Source: Laetmonice hystrix
Lineage: Eukaryota
Length of the DNA stretch: 64,000 bases
Reading direction: 5' to 3'
Assembly: GCA_965235115.1 (NCBI GenBank)
Contig: OZ249439.1
Location: 14,570,001-14,634,000, forward strand
Both the position numbers and the translations under genes were made by a program. A model generated the notes under the pieces. It searched no databases, had not been told where the DNA came from, and was given only the letters and a program-made list of their open reading frames with translations. This document shows positions 51,466 to 63,123 of the stretch, one piece after another; positions within the stretch are counted from its first letter, which is position 1, and every line of letters begins with the position of its first letter.

Positions 51466-51865
51466 TTATATACCGGAAATCAACATGATGCCAGACAACT
51501 TACTTTCCTTCTGGCTGTGAGGGTTAGCGGAATCACCATGCATGCAAGCATTGTTAAAGACAAAAATACTCAAAAATACACAGAAATGCATACCTTCGAA
51601 TAAACACGTAGTGGCACACTCAAATATGCAGTTGCACACAAAGACACAAACACCATTATACAAATATTTTACAGATCCATAGTCCTATTATTACAAGCTC
51701 TCTTCCTCCTGAAATTACAGTCTTAACTGGTTGTTTCAGGTGGAATTACAGGTTTTATTTCGACTAGTTTAGCCACACCTCAAGAAATAGTAGGATAATG
51801 AGACGAATATTATTCAGTGCCTCGATATTGCTAATGGTGGTGAGGTGATTATAACTGGTTGCTGC

Positions 51866-52655
51866 GGGCCCGGTTACATATCCATCGAGCGGCCTAGGTG
51901 GGCAGGCATACAATGGAAGTTTAACCAGGACCGACTTCTCTTACCTGAGCCCGGTTACATATCCATCGAGCGGCCTAGGTGGGCAGGCATACAATGGAAG
52001 TTTAACCAGGACCGACTTCTCTTACATGGGCCCGGTTACATATCCATCGAGCGGCCTAGGTGCAGGCATACAATGGGAGTTTAACCAGGACCGACTTCTC
52101 TTACCTGGGCCCGGTTACGTATCCATCGAGCGGCCTAGGTGCAGGCATACAATGGGAGTTTAACCAGGACCGACTTCTCTTACCTGAGCCCGGTTACATA
52201 TCCATCGAAGGGCCTAGGTGCAGGTATACAATGGACGTTTAACCAGGACCGACTTCTCTTACCTGGGCCCGGTTACATATCCATCGAGCGGCCTAGGTGC
52301 AGGTATACAATGGACGTTTAACCAGGACCGACTTCTCTTACCTGAGCCCGGTTACGTATCCATCGAGCGGCCTAGGTGCAGGCATACAATGGACGTTTAA
52401 CCAGGACCGACTTCTCTTACCTGGGCCCGGTTACGTATCCATCGAGCGGCCTAGGTGCAGGCATACAATGGACGTTTAACCAGGACCGACTTCTCTTACC
52501 TGGGCCCGGTTACATATCCATCGAGCGGCCTAGGTGCAGGCATACAATGGACGTTTAACCAGGACCGACTTCTCTTACCTGAGCCCAGTTACCTATACAT
52601 CGAGCGGTCTAGGTGCAGGCATACAATAGACGTTTAACCAGGACCGACTTCTCTT
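51866..52655. repeat. 79-bp minisatellite, 10 units
   Basis: Unit gggcccggttacatatccatcgagcggcctaggtgcaggcatacaatggacgtttaaccaggaccgacttctcttacct. The ORF track shows ORFs offset by 79 bp. Confidence 0.97.
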
Positions 52656-53011
52656 CCTTGGAGGTACTACACCGTGTGCACACTTAACGGAGCATGGACA
52701 CAGAATACTGGCAATCAATAGCTTGGGACCACTGTTATTCCGTTATTCCGGGTTCTCCTGGGAAGCAGCAGCCAAGGGTTGCAATATTGGGCATTAGTTA
52801 GAAAGGGGACTAGGCATAAATTTGCACGTGGATTTTAGTGAAGTATTATTAATGTTGTAGTGAATGCTGATTCCAATGAAAAAATCATTTTGTTTGATCG
52901 GAATCGACCCATTCTAAACCCCTTTCCCCAATTTCAAACAGTGCTTATTGCCATGTTTGGCCTCGGCAACACGTTGAGCGATAAGATGTAACGCTTCTTA
53001 ATTTTTTGTTG

Positions 53012-53441
53012 AGCCGGTGTCACACGGCGCGATATTTACTTCCGATCCTCCGACCGTCCGACATATCGGAGACAGATCGGACCAAATATCAGGCCGTGTG
53101 AGCACAATGTCGTGTCGTGTGATATATGATGGTCGGAGCAATATCGGAGGGTCGATGAGTCCGAGCAAAGTCTGACAGTGTCAGACTTTTCACCGAGAAC
53201 GCTCCGACCTGACCCCCGATTTACCTCCGATCGTCGGAAGCTCGGGCGGTCGGAGGATCGGAAGGAACGACCTTGTGCTCACACGGCCCGATATTTGTTC
53301 CGATCTGTCTCCGATGTCGGGCGGTCGGAGGATCGGAAGGAACGACCTTGTGCTCACACGGCCCGATATTTGTTCCGATCTGTCTCCGATGTCGGGCGGT
53401 CGGAGGATCGGAAGGAAACATCGTGCCGTGTGACACCGGCT
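53012..53441. mobile_element. 430-bp foldback MITE with about 100-bp inverted arms; right arm has a 75-bp tandem duplication
   Basis: The left arm (agccggtgtcacacggcgcgat...gagcacaatgtcg) matches the reverse complement of the right end with few differences. A 75-bp unit starts at 53243, 53318 and 53393. The flanks are ttg and tta (degenerate TWA/TTAA-type target). Confidence 0.88.
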
Positions 53442-54676
53442 TTAGCAGGCAGGTGTCCAATACGCTGTGTTTCTACATCTTCATGATTGATATTTTCGGC
53501 CGTTTGCCAGGATATAATGTTCAGTAATTTAGACTTCCCCTCGCAACACCCAGGGACAGCAACAACGTTTTAACTCCAATCTCTTTTCGTCGACTTCCTG
53601 GATTCCGTTATTTTTATTCCGGCGGTTGTCGCATAGCAAAGTTTAATATACTGATAAACGGAGCGGTTCTCGGTCGGTGGTCTGTATTCGTCAGGGCCGT
53701 ATAATACAGAGATAGATGAGAAGGTTGTGGAGCTCATCTGTGCCCGTCCTGGTCAGGCTTTATCTCCTATAATTGTATCTTGCTCTGGTTGAGGACACCC
53801 ACTCCTGGCGCCACGTACAGGAACACATTCATGTCTCCAACACATTAACACTGCTGTACGGACAACCTCCTCAAGTGCTGCCAGGACCGGCAGGTCACTG
53901 CTGGGACACACATCACTGGTTAACATCCTGAGGTCTAAACCTCAACAAGGGCAAGGATTTCAAGAGACCTTTCAAGAAAATGTCGCCGACACTTAGAATT
54001 TGTGATGATTCGTTCTGTAAAAAAATAGTTCTCTGCCCCTCTCATGGCATGTTAATTGTTGAAATGCTGATAATGACGGTATCATATCTCATGATGGTAA
54101 AAATATCGTTATTGATATTTTCACCATTTTACTGGTAGAAAGAGTACAATGTGAGGTTTCTTACTGCAGCTGTTGGCCACTGCTTTGGAAGCAGGGCGAT
54201 AAAAGGGGATAATTGTTGCCAACGTCGCATAAATTTCGGAAAACACGCAGTGGATCTGTTCCGCTTCTCACGATTGAGCCTTTCATTTCAAGAGGAATTC
54301 CAAGATGTGGTCCTGTCACGTTTTAGTATTCCGCTGTGACATCTTTTAGATGTCAGTGGGGAAATACCGGGAGTGGTGGAGCATGTTTATCTACAGACTG
54401 GATCACGATCTAAGTCAAATTCTCCTTAATGTAATTTTGTTTACAATCCGCGCTAGTCGTTCGTTTCAGTGAAAGGAAAATAAAAAGGGGGCGCAAGAAG
54501 TAATAAAGTGGCTCGGGTGATGATAAGATCAATTCTATTTAAAAAGATTAATTTCATGTCAGTCACACTGCATTTCTGTAATTATACCGAATTTAAACAT
54601 CCCAGTTCAACGAGCTTTTCAGCTTTAATCTCAGAGCCAGCCTCAGTTGACACTTACTTGTCCTGATTTAGTTCCA

Positions 54677-54914
54677 CTCCTGGTTCGGACCTGCTCCTGG
54701 TTCGGACCTGCTTCTGGTTCAGACCTGCTCCTGGTTCGGACCTGCTCCTGGTTCGGACCTACTTCCGGTTCGGACCTGCTTGGTTCAGACCTGCTCCTGG
54801 TTCGGACCTGCTCCTGGTTCAGACCTGCTCCTGGTTCGGACCTGCGCCTGGTTCGGACCTGCTCCGGTTTCAGACCTGCTCCTGGTTCGGACCTGCTCCT
54901 GGTTCAGACCTGCT
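54677..54914. repeat. 17-bp minisatellite, about 14 units
   Basis: Unit ctcctggttcggacctg. Confidence 0.95.
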
Positions 54915-56110
54915 CTTTGCTTACACCTACTCCTCATTGGAACCAGCTCTTTGTTCAGTCTCGCTCCTGATTCCAAATTCGCCTTGGTTCAGAGCTCTTC
55001 ATGGTTTGAGACTTTTTTCGGTCCGATGCCACGTGCACTCTGTGATTTAGGACTAACTAATGAAGAATTAAGGCAAATCTTACAAAGGCTTTGCAACCTG
55101 TTGCTACCTCTATCCAATTATTCATGTAATTAATTATTGTAACCATCTCTATTTACCAGTCCCCACAGGGTGCCGTTTGTAGCACACTGGCTGCCGGTCC
55201 GTTTTTTATTTGGACTGCTCAGACTCAGGATACGGCCGATGTTACGAAGATTTGGTTATCAACAATTTTATGTTTGGGTCGGAGAGGTTGTACACACTCA
55301 GATAGTTCCTACTAGGGTAGGAACTCAACCCATAACGTCTTGTGGAGAGTCACTTTGGTGGCGCAAACCGTTTCCTTGTGGTCGTACGTTTTGCATATTC
55401 ATGAAGTTAACGAAGCATTTGTCCCCGAGTTTCAGATAATCCACAGAGACGATGAATATTCATGGTAACATTAAGGAGGTCTTCAACCGGTATGCTTCCA
55501 GTGAGCACACGTCTTTGTGGCACCACATTTTTGGCAGTGGGACCTCAGTGACTACATTTGATATGACGCTGATAAAGCCTATAGCTGGAATGTACCACGT
55601 TACGAAAGTATAATAACCCCGGCCTTGATTGCTACGACCTCACGGCACTCATTCACCTCTCAGCGGGCCAATTTTATTGTTTGTAGACAGCGGCAACAAT
55701 CGGTGCGAGATCTTTCATAGCAATAATTGAGATGTCTAGTTATCATTACATCAATACATTACTACACGGGAGAGCGGCGACGCCATAGTTAGTGTGGCTG
55801 CCAACTAGTGCAAGAATATCTCATGAGTAATTTATTACGTCATCCACACGTGTGCCAACTGTACTTATTTCAGCAGTCGACGCCCATTTTTAAGCTCATC
55901 TGTCGTGTGGTGCTGCGGGGTTGATTTTACCGAGTTCCCAACGCGATATAGGCTATATGTATGAAAGATTTCTTCTGCATTCATGACTTTCATACACATG
56001 GACCAGTTTGAAAATCCAGTGTCGCAATGGATCCACAAATTAACAATCCATCTCGATCTAAATTCCTCATCCAAAAATAAATGGCAGGCCCCATTTTTGT
56101 GAAATGCATG

Positions 56111-57099
56111 CCCCCCTCCGTACGTCAATGACCCCCTCTCCGGGCCCTGCCACGGTTGGGATCCCCCCGGTACGTCAAGGACCCCCTCTCCGGGCCCTGC
56201 CACGGTTGGGATCCCCCCGGTACGTCAATGACCCCCTCTCCGGGCCCTGCCACGGTTGGGATCCCCCCGGTACGTCAAGGACCCCCTCTCCGGGCCCTGC
56301 CACGGTTGGGATCCCCCCGGTACGTCAAGGACCCCCTCTCCGGGCCCTGCCACGGTTGGGTTCCCCCGGTACCCTCAAGGGCCCCTCTCCAGGCCCTGCC
56401 ACGGTTGGGATCCCCCCGGTACGTCAAGGGCCCCCTCTCCGTGTTCTGCCACGGTTGGGACCCCCGGTACGTCAAGGGCCCCCTCTCCGGGCTCTGCCAC
56501 GTTAGGAAGCCCCCCGGTACGTCAAGGGCCCCCTCTCCGGGCTCTGCCACGGTTGGGACCCCCGGTACGTCAAGGGCCCCCTCTCCTGTCTCTGCCACGG
56601 TTGGGACCCCCGGTACGTCAAGGGCCCCCTCTCCTGTTTCTGCCACGGTTGGGATTCCCCCGGTACGTCAAGGGCCCCCTCTCCTGTATCTGCCATGGTT
56701 GGGATCCCCCGGTACGTCAAGGGCCCCCTCTCCGGGCTCTGCCACGGTTGGGACCCCCGGTACGTCAAGGGCCCCCTCTCCGGGCTCTGCTACGGTTGGG
56801 GTCCCCACGGTACGTCAAGGGCCCCCTCTCCGGGCTCTGCTACGGTTGGGGTCCCCACGGTACGTCAAGGGCCCCCTCTCCCGGCTCTGCCACGGTTGGG
56901 ACCCCCGGTACGTCAAGGGCCCCCTCTCCTGTCTCTGCCACGGTAGGGATCCCCCGGTACGTCAAGGGCCCCCTCTCCGGGCCCTGCCACGGTTGGGATC
57001 CCCCCGGTACGTCAAGGGCCCCCTCTCCGGGCTCTGCCACGGTTGGGACCCCCGGTACGTCAAGGGCCCCCTCTCCGGGCCCTGTCACGGTTGAGATCC
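56111..57099. repeat. GC-rich 48-50-bp minisatellite, about 20 units
   Basis: Unit ccccctctccgggccctgccacggttgggatccccccggtacgtcaagga; tacgtcaa recurs at 56121, 56171, 56221 and 56271. Confidence 0.97.
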
Positions 57100-58777
57100 G
57101 ACGCCGCAATGAGGCACATGGACATAGGGATTCAGTGGAAACCCATACGTTTAGAGGTGGCTGATCCCCCGTGAAGCAGCCCTCTCAAGACCTACTCCAA
57201 AGAACATTTATCGTCCGAGACCAAATGGGATCTCCGGACCTTCACCCGTAAATGGTACCACACATCCCTCATTGACGAGCCCTATTCTTTTTCTATAAAG
57301 TCGCATTCACTGCCTGCCCGTGTTCAATGAAGGTTAGTGCTCCTAAAGAACTAAGGATAATTGTGAGCCTAATGTAATTTCAGACCAACACTTCGGACTT
57401 CTATGACTCCAGACGCTCCTAAAGTCGTTTACCTCCGTGCTCCTTTCTTTTTCTGATCGAAGCGTTTCCCAGAGTGCCTGGTAACAGTCAAAATTGAAGA
57501 CGACCCCCTCCTCGGGGCTTCGACCCGTCTTTTAACCCGCCTCGTTGGGAACAAAAAGGCCGCCAGCGCAGCGGTGGGGAATTAGCAGATCAAATCGGCA
57601 GCGCGTGATGCCTGACAAATGCTTCTCTGCAGCCTGCGCTTTGCGTGGCTCACCCGCGACGTCCCCAGCTCTTGTCATCCGAGATTCTTTATAGCAAAAC
57701 ACCAGTGCAAGTCCATCGTAAAACACAGAGAGGGCGTCCGCGGCCGTGTTGAAGACGCTCTAAGCTCGCCTTCGGGCGCCTGGCTTTGAATAATTGCAGT
57801 GGAAGCTTGCAGTGGTGCACTATGACAGGAGGTGGTAGTTACCGACTTGAAGGCGTGGGCCGCCGTCGGCAGGCAGCAGGCGGGCAGTCTTTGCCACCGC
57901 CGCTCCCGCCCCCACGGCCGACGGTCAGGGCTACGGTTGACCGTATTGTATTCGCCTTGGCCTCGGTGGGAAACTGCAGACGAAGGAAGCCAGAAATCTG
58001 GAGAAGGGAGTCGACGAGCCAGGTAGCACGTGCCAGCGCCGATGGCAACCAGCAACACATGTCTGACAATATCTAAAACGCCTTCCTGCGCACCTGAATA
58101 AACGGGCAAGCCTGACAGGTCCATCCCCGCGAGTCGTAATTTGTGCGTCTAGTTTCACGGCACAGGGCCGGGACCTGCCTTTCTCCATCCGATGAAAAAG
58201 TGAAACTTTTTAAGTGAGCGTGAAAATTCTTTAGACTCAAAATGTACGGATTCTGATGAGATGGAGAAAAGGAAATGTGTTTAGAATGCCAATGATCACA
58301 CCCTCCTGTAGGCACAGTCGTCCCAAGTTACAAAATACATAACTCTCATATGGTATTGTTTCCAGGTGTTCCAGAGGACGGCGGAGAACTTGCTTTCATG
58401 ACCCTCGACACAAATACTTTTGGCAGCATAGGTGTATATATGAGTGAGAGAAGGCGGGTAGGTCATCAGCTAACGCCCGGGATATGTGGACAGGTTAGGC
58501 TGACATAGCTGGCATGCCCCTACTAATATTCACTATCGCTTTATCACCTCGGGAACGATATACTTGGCTTCAGTTCTATATATCAAGTCACGTCGGCTTC
58601 ATGAAATACACTGACAACTCTATAAATGTTGACAGTGATTCCGTCGTGTATAGAGTTAGTGTACAGGCACAGACTGGTGCACTGATTGTCTGATCGTCTC
58701 ACCTTTCACTGTCAACCATAACCTCCTGTCATATATTACAAGGGGTGCTGTTTGGCTATGTCCCGTGAATCTGATTT

Positions 58778-58826
58778 AGAGAGAGAGAGGGAGAGAGATA
58801 GAGAGAGAGACAGAGAGATAGAGAGA
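58778..58826. repeat. Imperfect (GA)n microsatellite
   Basis: agagagagagagggagagagatagagagagagacagagagatagagaga. Confidence 0.9.
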
Positions 58827-59703
58827 CATTCTAGTTATAGCCAGTTAGTCATTGTTTGCGTCGTTGCATAAGTTGTATATAAAAGTTTACAAAGGTCACC
58901 GCCGTATGAAATAGTAAGGAGAGATTCTGCAGATGTTTTCTACTCGTCTCAAGGTAGATCTGCTACCCCTAGATTAGTATGCAATGAACGTCGTCTGAGA
59001 CGAAACAAACAAGGAGACTGGCGCGTTCTAAGATATCGGGCTTCGCGGAGCAGACGGGCCGAGCCGCCAACCGTCTCCGGAAGGGTTGAGGTCACGTGAC
59101 TCGTCCGAAGCCTCACCTTTGCGGCTAATGCAGCGTTCATTTCCTGTCAACTTTACAGGTTGCAATATTTCTTCCCAGCGCGCCAGCGCTTTATTCTATC
59201 ATTATCAGGCGGACTATTCTTATCCCGCAGTGTCTATCATCCAGTGCATATATTTTTGTGAATTCGAACAAGGTTTATTGATTAAATGCGAGCATATAAT
59301 ATAGGTCACATTCATCTATGAGTTTAGGTACAATCTGGAATCAAATCGAGACCGTACACCTAGAATTGTTTATCGTTCTCTCAAAGAGGGAATCTCTTTG
59401 TTTGCTCGAGTTCAGTTTGTGCGTGGGTGTACAAACCTGAGTAAGATACAACTATAATGTGTACACTTTGCTGAGCATCTAGACCATAGTCTGATGAACA
59501 CAATAAATGACACAGACCCTGTTTTGTTGCTCGAATTCTATTTCTCGCTAGACTTTAATGGACTACAAGTGTACTACAAGAACTTCAGCGTCGCACTGAT
59601 ACATCACGATGTTGAGATGTAAACCTCCAGCGCAGATGACACCAGCATTTCTTTATAGAAGTAAAGATTCATATATTATATTTCCCCTCTTTTCACTTTG
59701 CAG

Positions 59704-59771
59704 GACCCCCTATAGAAGTTATCACAAACATCCTGATTCGAAGTATGGGCCCCATATCAGAGGAGTTCATG
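59704..59771 (+). CDS. GABA-A receptor alpha/gamma-like subunit, coding exon 3 (G-PPIEVITNILIRSMGPISEEFM)
   Basis: Strong acceptor cccctcttttcactttgcag|GA and donor ATG|gtgagt bound a 68-bp exon. Its phase 1 start fits exon 2, and the TNILIRSMGPISE motif is of the GRD/8916 type. Confidence 0.94.
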
Positions 59772-60887
59772 GTGAGTCCTATATCCTTTTTCATGAAAAC
59801 TTTCATTGAAAAATTAAACGGTAAGTTTCTTAAAATGTATACACCCGAGAAGATAATAGATAGAACTCAACCCAATTCTAGCTTTTCTGTCGGAATATGT
59901 TAACTGCTGCTAGTTTGTTAAAGATTGTCCTGTTTTCTTTTATATAATGTCTAGGAGGGGGTAGGAAAGGCTAGCCCCTACCTCATAGATTGTTCAGCTG
60001 CAAAGAGACCGATGTACTGAATCGTCTATCAAAAAATGATCCCTCAGAAAGTAACAAATTATGAATGGCTTTATTCGGGACCTTAGGGTTGTCATCAAAG
60101 TCCCGAGTACATTATACAGTGACCGTACTGGCTGGTCGACTCGATATGCCCTGGCCTGGAATTGTCCACCATTAGAACATACGGGACCCCTTTGATGTGG
60201 CACCTGCTGCTCACGACAGAACCGACTGTAGGAAGGGTCATGTATAGATGCCTTCATTTTCCTTACGCTGCCAAAAAGATCGAATTCTGCAATAAGGTAA
60301 TATTGGGTCTAACTCCTTCTCCTGTCATAGGACACTGATTCTGTCCGTGGACCATGGTATGACACTAGCGGTTCCGTTGGAAATAGGAGAACGGCTCACT
60401 TTACGCCTACTAAAGTTCAGAGAGGAAACTCTAAAGCGTGATCAGCCGAATTCTTTGAATATTTCTGTAAAGTAGATCCACTGTGGCCTGGAATTTACGG
60501 AGCTTTCTCTGAAAGGTGCCCCAGTAGTACTGTAAAGATTCGCCTGATGGGCCCCAGTGCGTAGAGTCTGTGTTGGTGATCTGAAGCCGTCAACCTCGGG
60601 TAATATGAGATTACCTCGGAATAAATTGATTAATGGAGTCTTAATCAGGACGCTGGTATCCGAGGAGTGTGAAGGTTGGTATGTGACGTCACGGAAAGAC
60701 TCATCAGAGGCTGGCCGTCCAGCAGACTGGGTGGCTGTTGGTTGGCTGGTTACATTTGCAGGCTGGTAGGAAGGCAGTGGTCGCGGCCGACTGCCCCGCC
60801 TCGGACGGGTGGAAGCCGCGGACGGCTCCCCATCCGTCCACCGGTGACGGCCCAATCCATCAACCTTCCCTCCTCCAGGCCCCGACT

Positions 60888-60948
60888 CCCCCCTCTCCCG
60901 GCCCCTCGCCCCCCGCCCCCCGGCCCCTTGGCCCCCCGGCCCCCGGAC
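60888..60948 (-). repeat. Inverted second copy of the G-rich element at 7181-7252
   Basis: The reverse complement (gtccgggggccggggggccaaggggccggggggcggggggcgaggggccggg) is collinear with the 7181 copy. Confidence 0.65.
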
Positions 60949-63123
60949 AGCGTATCACCAACTCCTGTCCGCCGCCCCACAGCAGGAAGACGGTCGGGGA
61001 AATGACGCCCTTAATCTGACCACGGGCGCCGGGTAACCCAGCCCCCCTCCTCCCGCACCCCCCCCCCCCGCCTCCCCACCCGGTCTCCGCGATGGATCAC
61101 CTGGCGATGATCGTGTCAAAGGTGCCATCGGCCTGGCCCGGCCCGCACATTTATACAGCCGCTCCCTTCGTACTTATATAAGTACTTTAAAACACCATTA
61201 CGTATCGTTTTATTAATGCATCATTCTTTTGTTAAGTCCGGTTTTAAAGGGTCGCTAACCGGAGTTGTCGTGACAGATTTGACTCTCCCATGGCCTGTCC
61301 TTGAAAGAATCTTTCACTAAAATCCGATTACTGTAAGGTCGATAGCAGCGTGGTGGGTGTGCAGCGTGTTGTGTGACGTAGTGCTTACGGTACTACGAAA
61401 ATATTACGGTCAGTTTTACCATGGTTTATATTACTTAATCAGAAAGGTAAAAAAAGGGGTAAAGAAGGATATAGGATATGTGCTGATGCTCCTTAAAATA
61501 TCCTTGTCAGGTCTTCGTGTAGGTTAGCGATATCAATCTTTGACCGTGCCGCCCCAAATCTGATCAAGCCTGTTACCCAAGACGTCTGTTGCAATATTGA
61601 TATTCTATATGAAGGCCTGAAATCAAGGTTAATGAATGCTTAGGTCTGGTTCGGGAGACGTATGCCCTACAGACTACGTGCTCCCCGCTGTTAGCACCTT
61701 CGTGAACTCTTACCGGTAACCGTATGGCAACCCAACAACACTCCCTTTCATTTTAATCAATTTATCAAGTGTTAAACATTTGAAATGATACGTTGACTAT
61801 AAAAGTGACTCAGCCACACCGGTTTTGATATAATCTACATGTTCTAAACGTGTCTGTATCCTCTGTCAGGTTACTGGGGGAAATAACACCGACCATTGTG
61901 GTGGATGTTGAAGACATTGCAATCGTGCGGGGCATTTTATTCTAGCTTTAAAAAACCGCCGATTATACACCCTTGACTTAGGTGGAAATTGTCGCGTGGT
62001 GTATGTCAACACGATCGACGTTATGGCTCGTCACCAGGAAATCGAATACCGTCCTAACTGGACGGCTTTCTTTGCGTAATCAGTCACTGTGTGTGTGTTC
62101 AAAACGGTCGTATAGCGGGCACAATGTATGCAAATGTAATTGTCTAGTTTCCATGAAAGATAATGATATTGATCTAAGCCTATTGGAATTCTCTTTCCAT
62201 GCATTGCCCACACATTTAATTTTGTCGCACCGACAGAGAAGCCGGTGTCTCATCACAGTCATGAACATGGCTCATTTAAATCGAACAGACCTGAGACCTG
62301 AGGACCCCAGTCCGCCGGTACTCACGGCCTCAGTACCCGCTCCAGGCGGCCGGCGGGCCGGAGGTCTGGTGTCGGGATGTCGGCACGACATACCGACCGC
62401 TGCAGGTCGGGACCACGGCCGGGAGGGCCACCGTCCCGGGAATGCCTCAACTGATTGGACACCATGGGAAGTAATTTGTTTGAGAGCCACAGCAGAGGTG
62501 CCCGGCCACCAAGCAGGGTCGGCCCGGGATACCTGAGAATTACCTGACTGCCACGAGTTGACCTTTATGTCATGGTAAGACGAGATCACCGTGAACTCAC
62601 AGCGGGTGCGGGGAGGGTCGCCGGGCCGCGGGCTGCTGCTATATGATGGACGGTGGGAAGGTTGGCTCATGGGACAGCTGCTAGGTTGTCCGGTCGTCGA
62701 CATCTAGGAGGTTGTCCGGCAGGCCCTGCCTGCCCAGGGAGTGCTGGGAAGTTGTCGGCTGGCCCGTTTAGCCAAACGTTGCACAGCGGATCGTGTATCC
62801 TGGCGTTACACTGGCACTGATGGCGATGACCAGGTCAATGAGGTCATCCGCGGGACCAAAGAGATTGACTTCACCGACGGCTAATGTGACTTCCTTGTAT
62901 TGGATTGATCGTCGATAACTAGCTATGATAGGGAAGGCCGCTGGTCAGGTCGCCGTAAGATGTCAATATGGCAGTATGCATGCACGCCCCCTTCACGCCT
63001 GGGGTATGGGGCAAAGGAGGGACGCAGAGAGGAATGGGTTCTTGGAATTGAATGTAGAAATCTATTGCATCTTTCGAGGTTATATCATCGGAAGTGCTGT
63101 GCAATGACACTTTGCAATAAGAA

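Larger units (their letters stand above)
8406..59703 (+). other. 51,298-bp intron 2 of the alpha-like GABA receptor gene
   Basis: GT...AG boundaries lie between exons whose joined translation is continuous (RPGFG-G-PPIEV). No other 68-bp exon-3-like sequence was found in between. Confidence 0.85.

Noticed and set aside
54094-54127. 14-bp AT-rich hairpin as a Helitron 3' end or miRNA
   Set aside because: It is too short for a pre-miRNA, AT-rich unlike Helitron hairpins, and has no matching 5' end.
55340-55560. C2H2 zinc-finger-like words (KPFPCGRTF on +, HTG*RP on -)
   Set aside because: The hints occur on opposite strands, the Cys/His spacing is wrong, and stops interrupt them.
56104-57164. 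Pro/Gly-rich ORFs up to 312 aa
   Set aside because: They are translations of the GC-rich 50-bp minisatellite.
60335-60355. Partial REST/RE1 motif (ctgtccgtgg)
   Set aside because: Only the central 10 bp match, and both flanks deviate from the 21-bp consensus.
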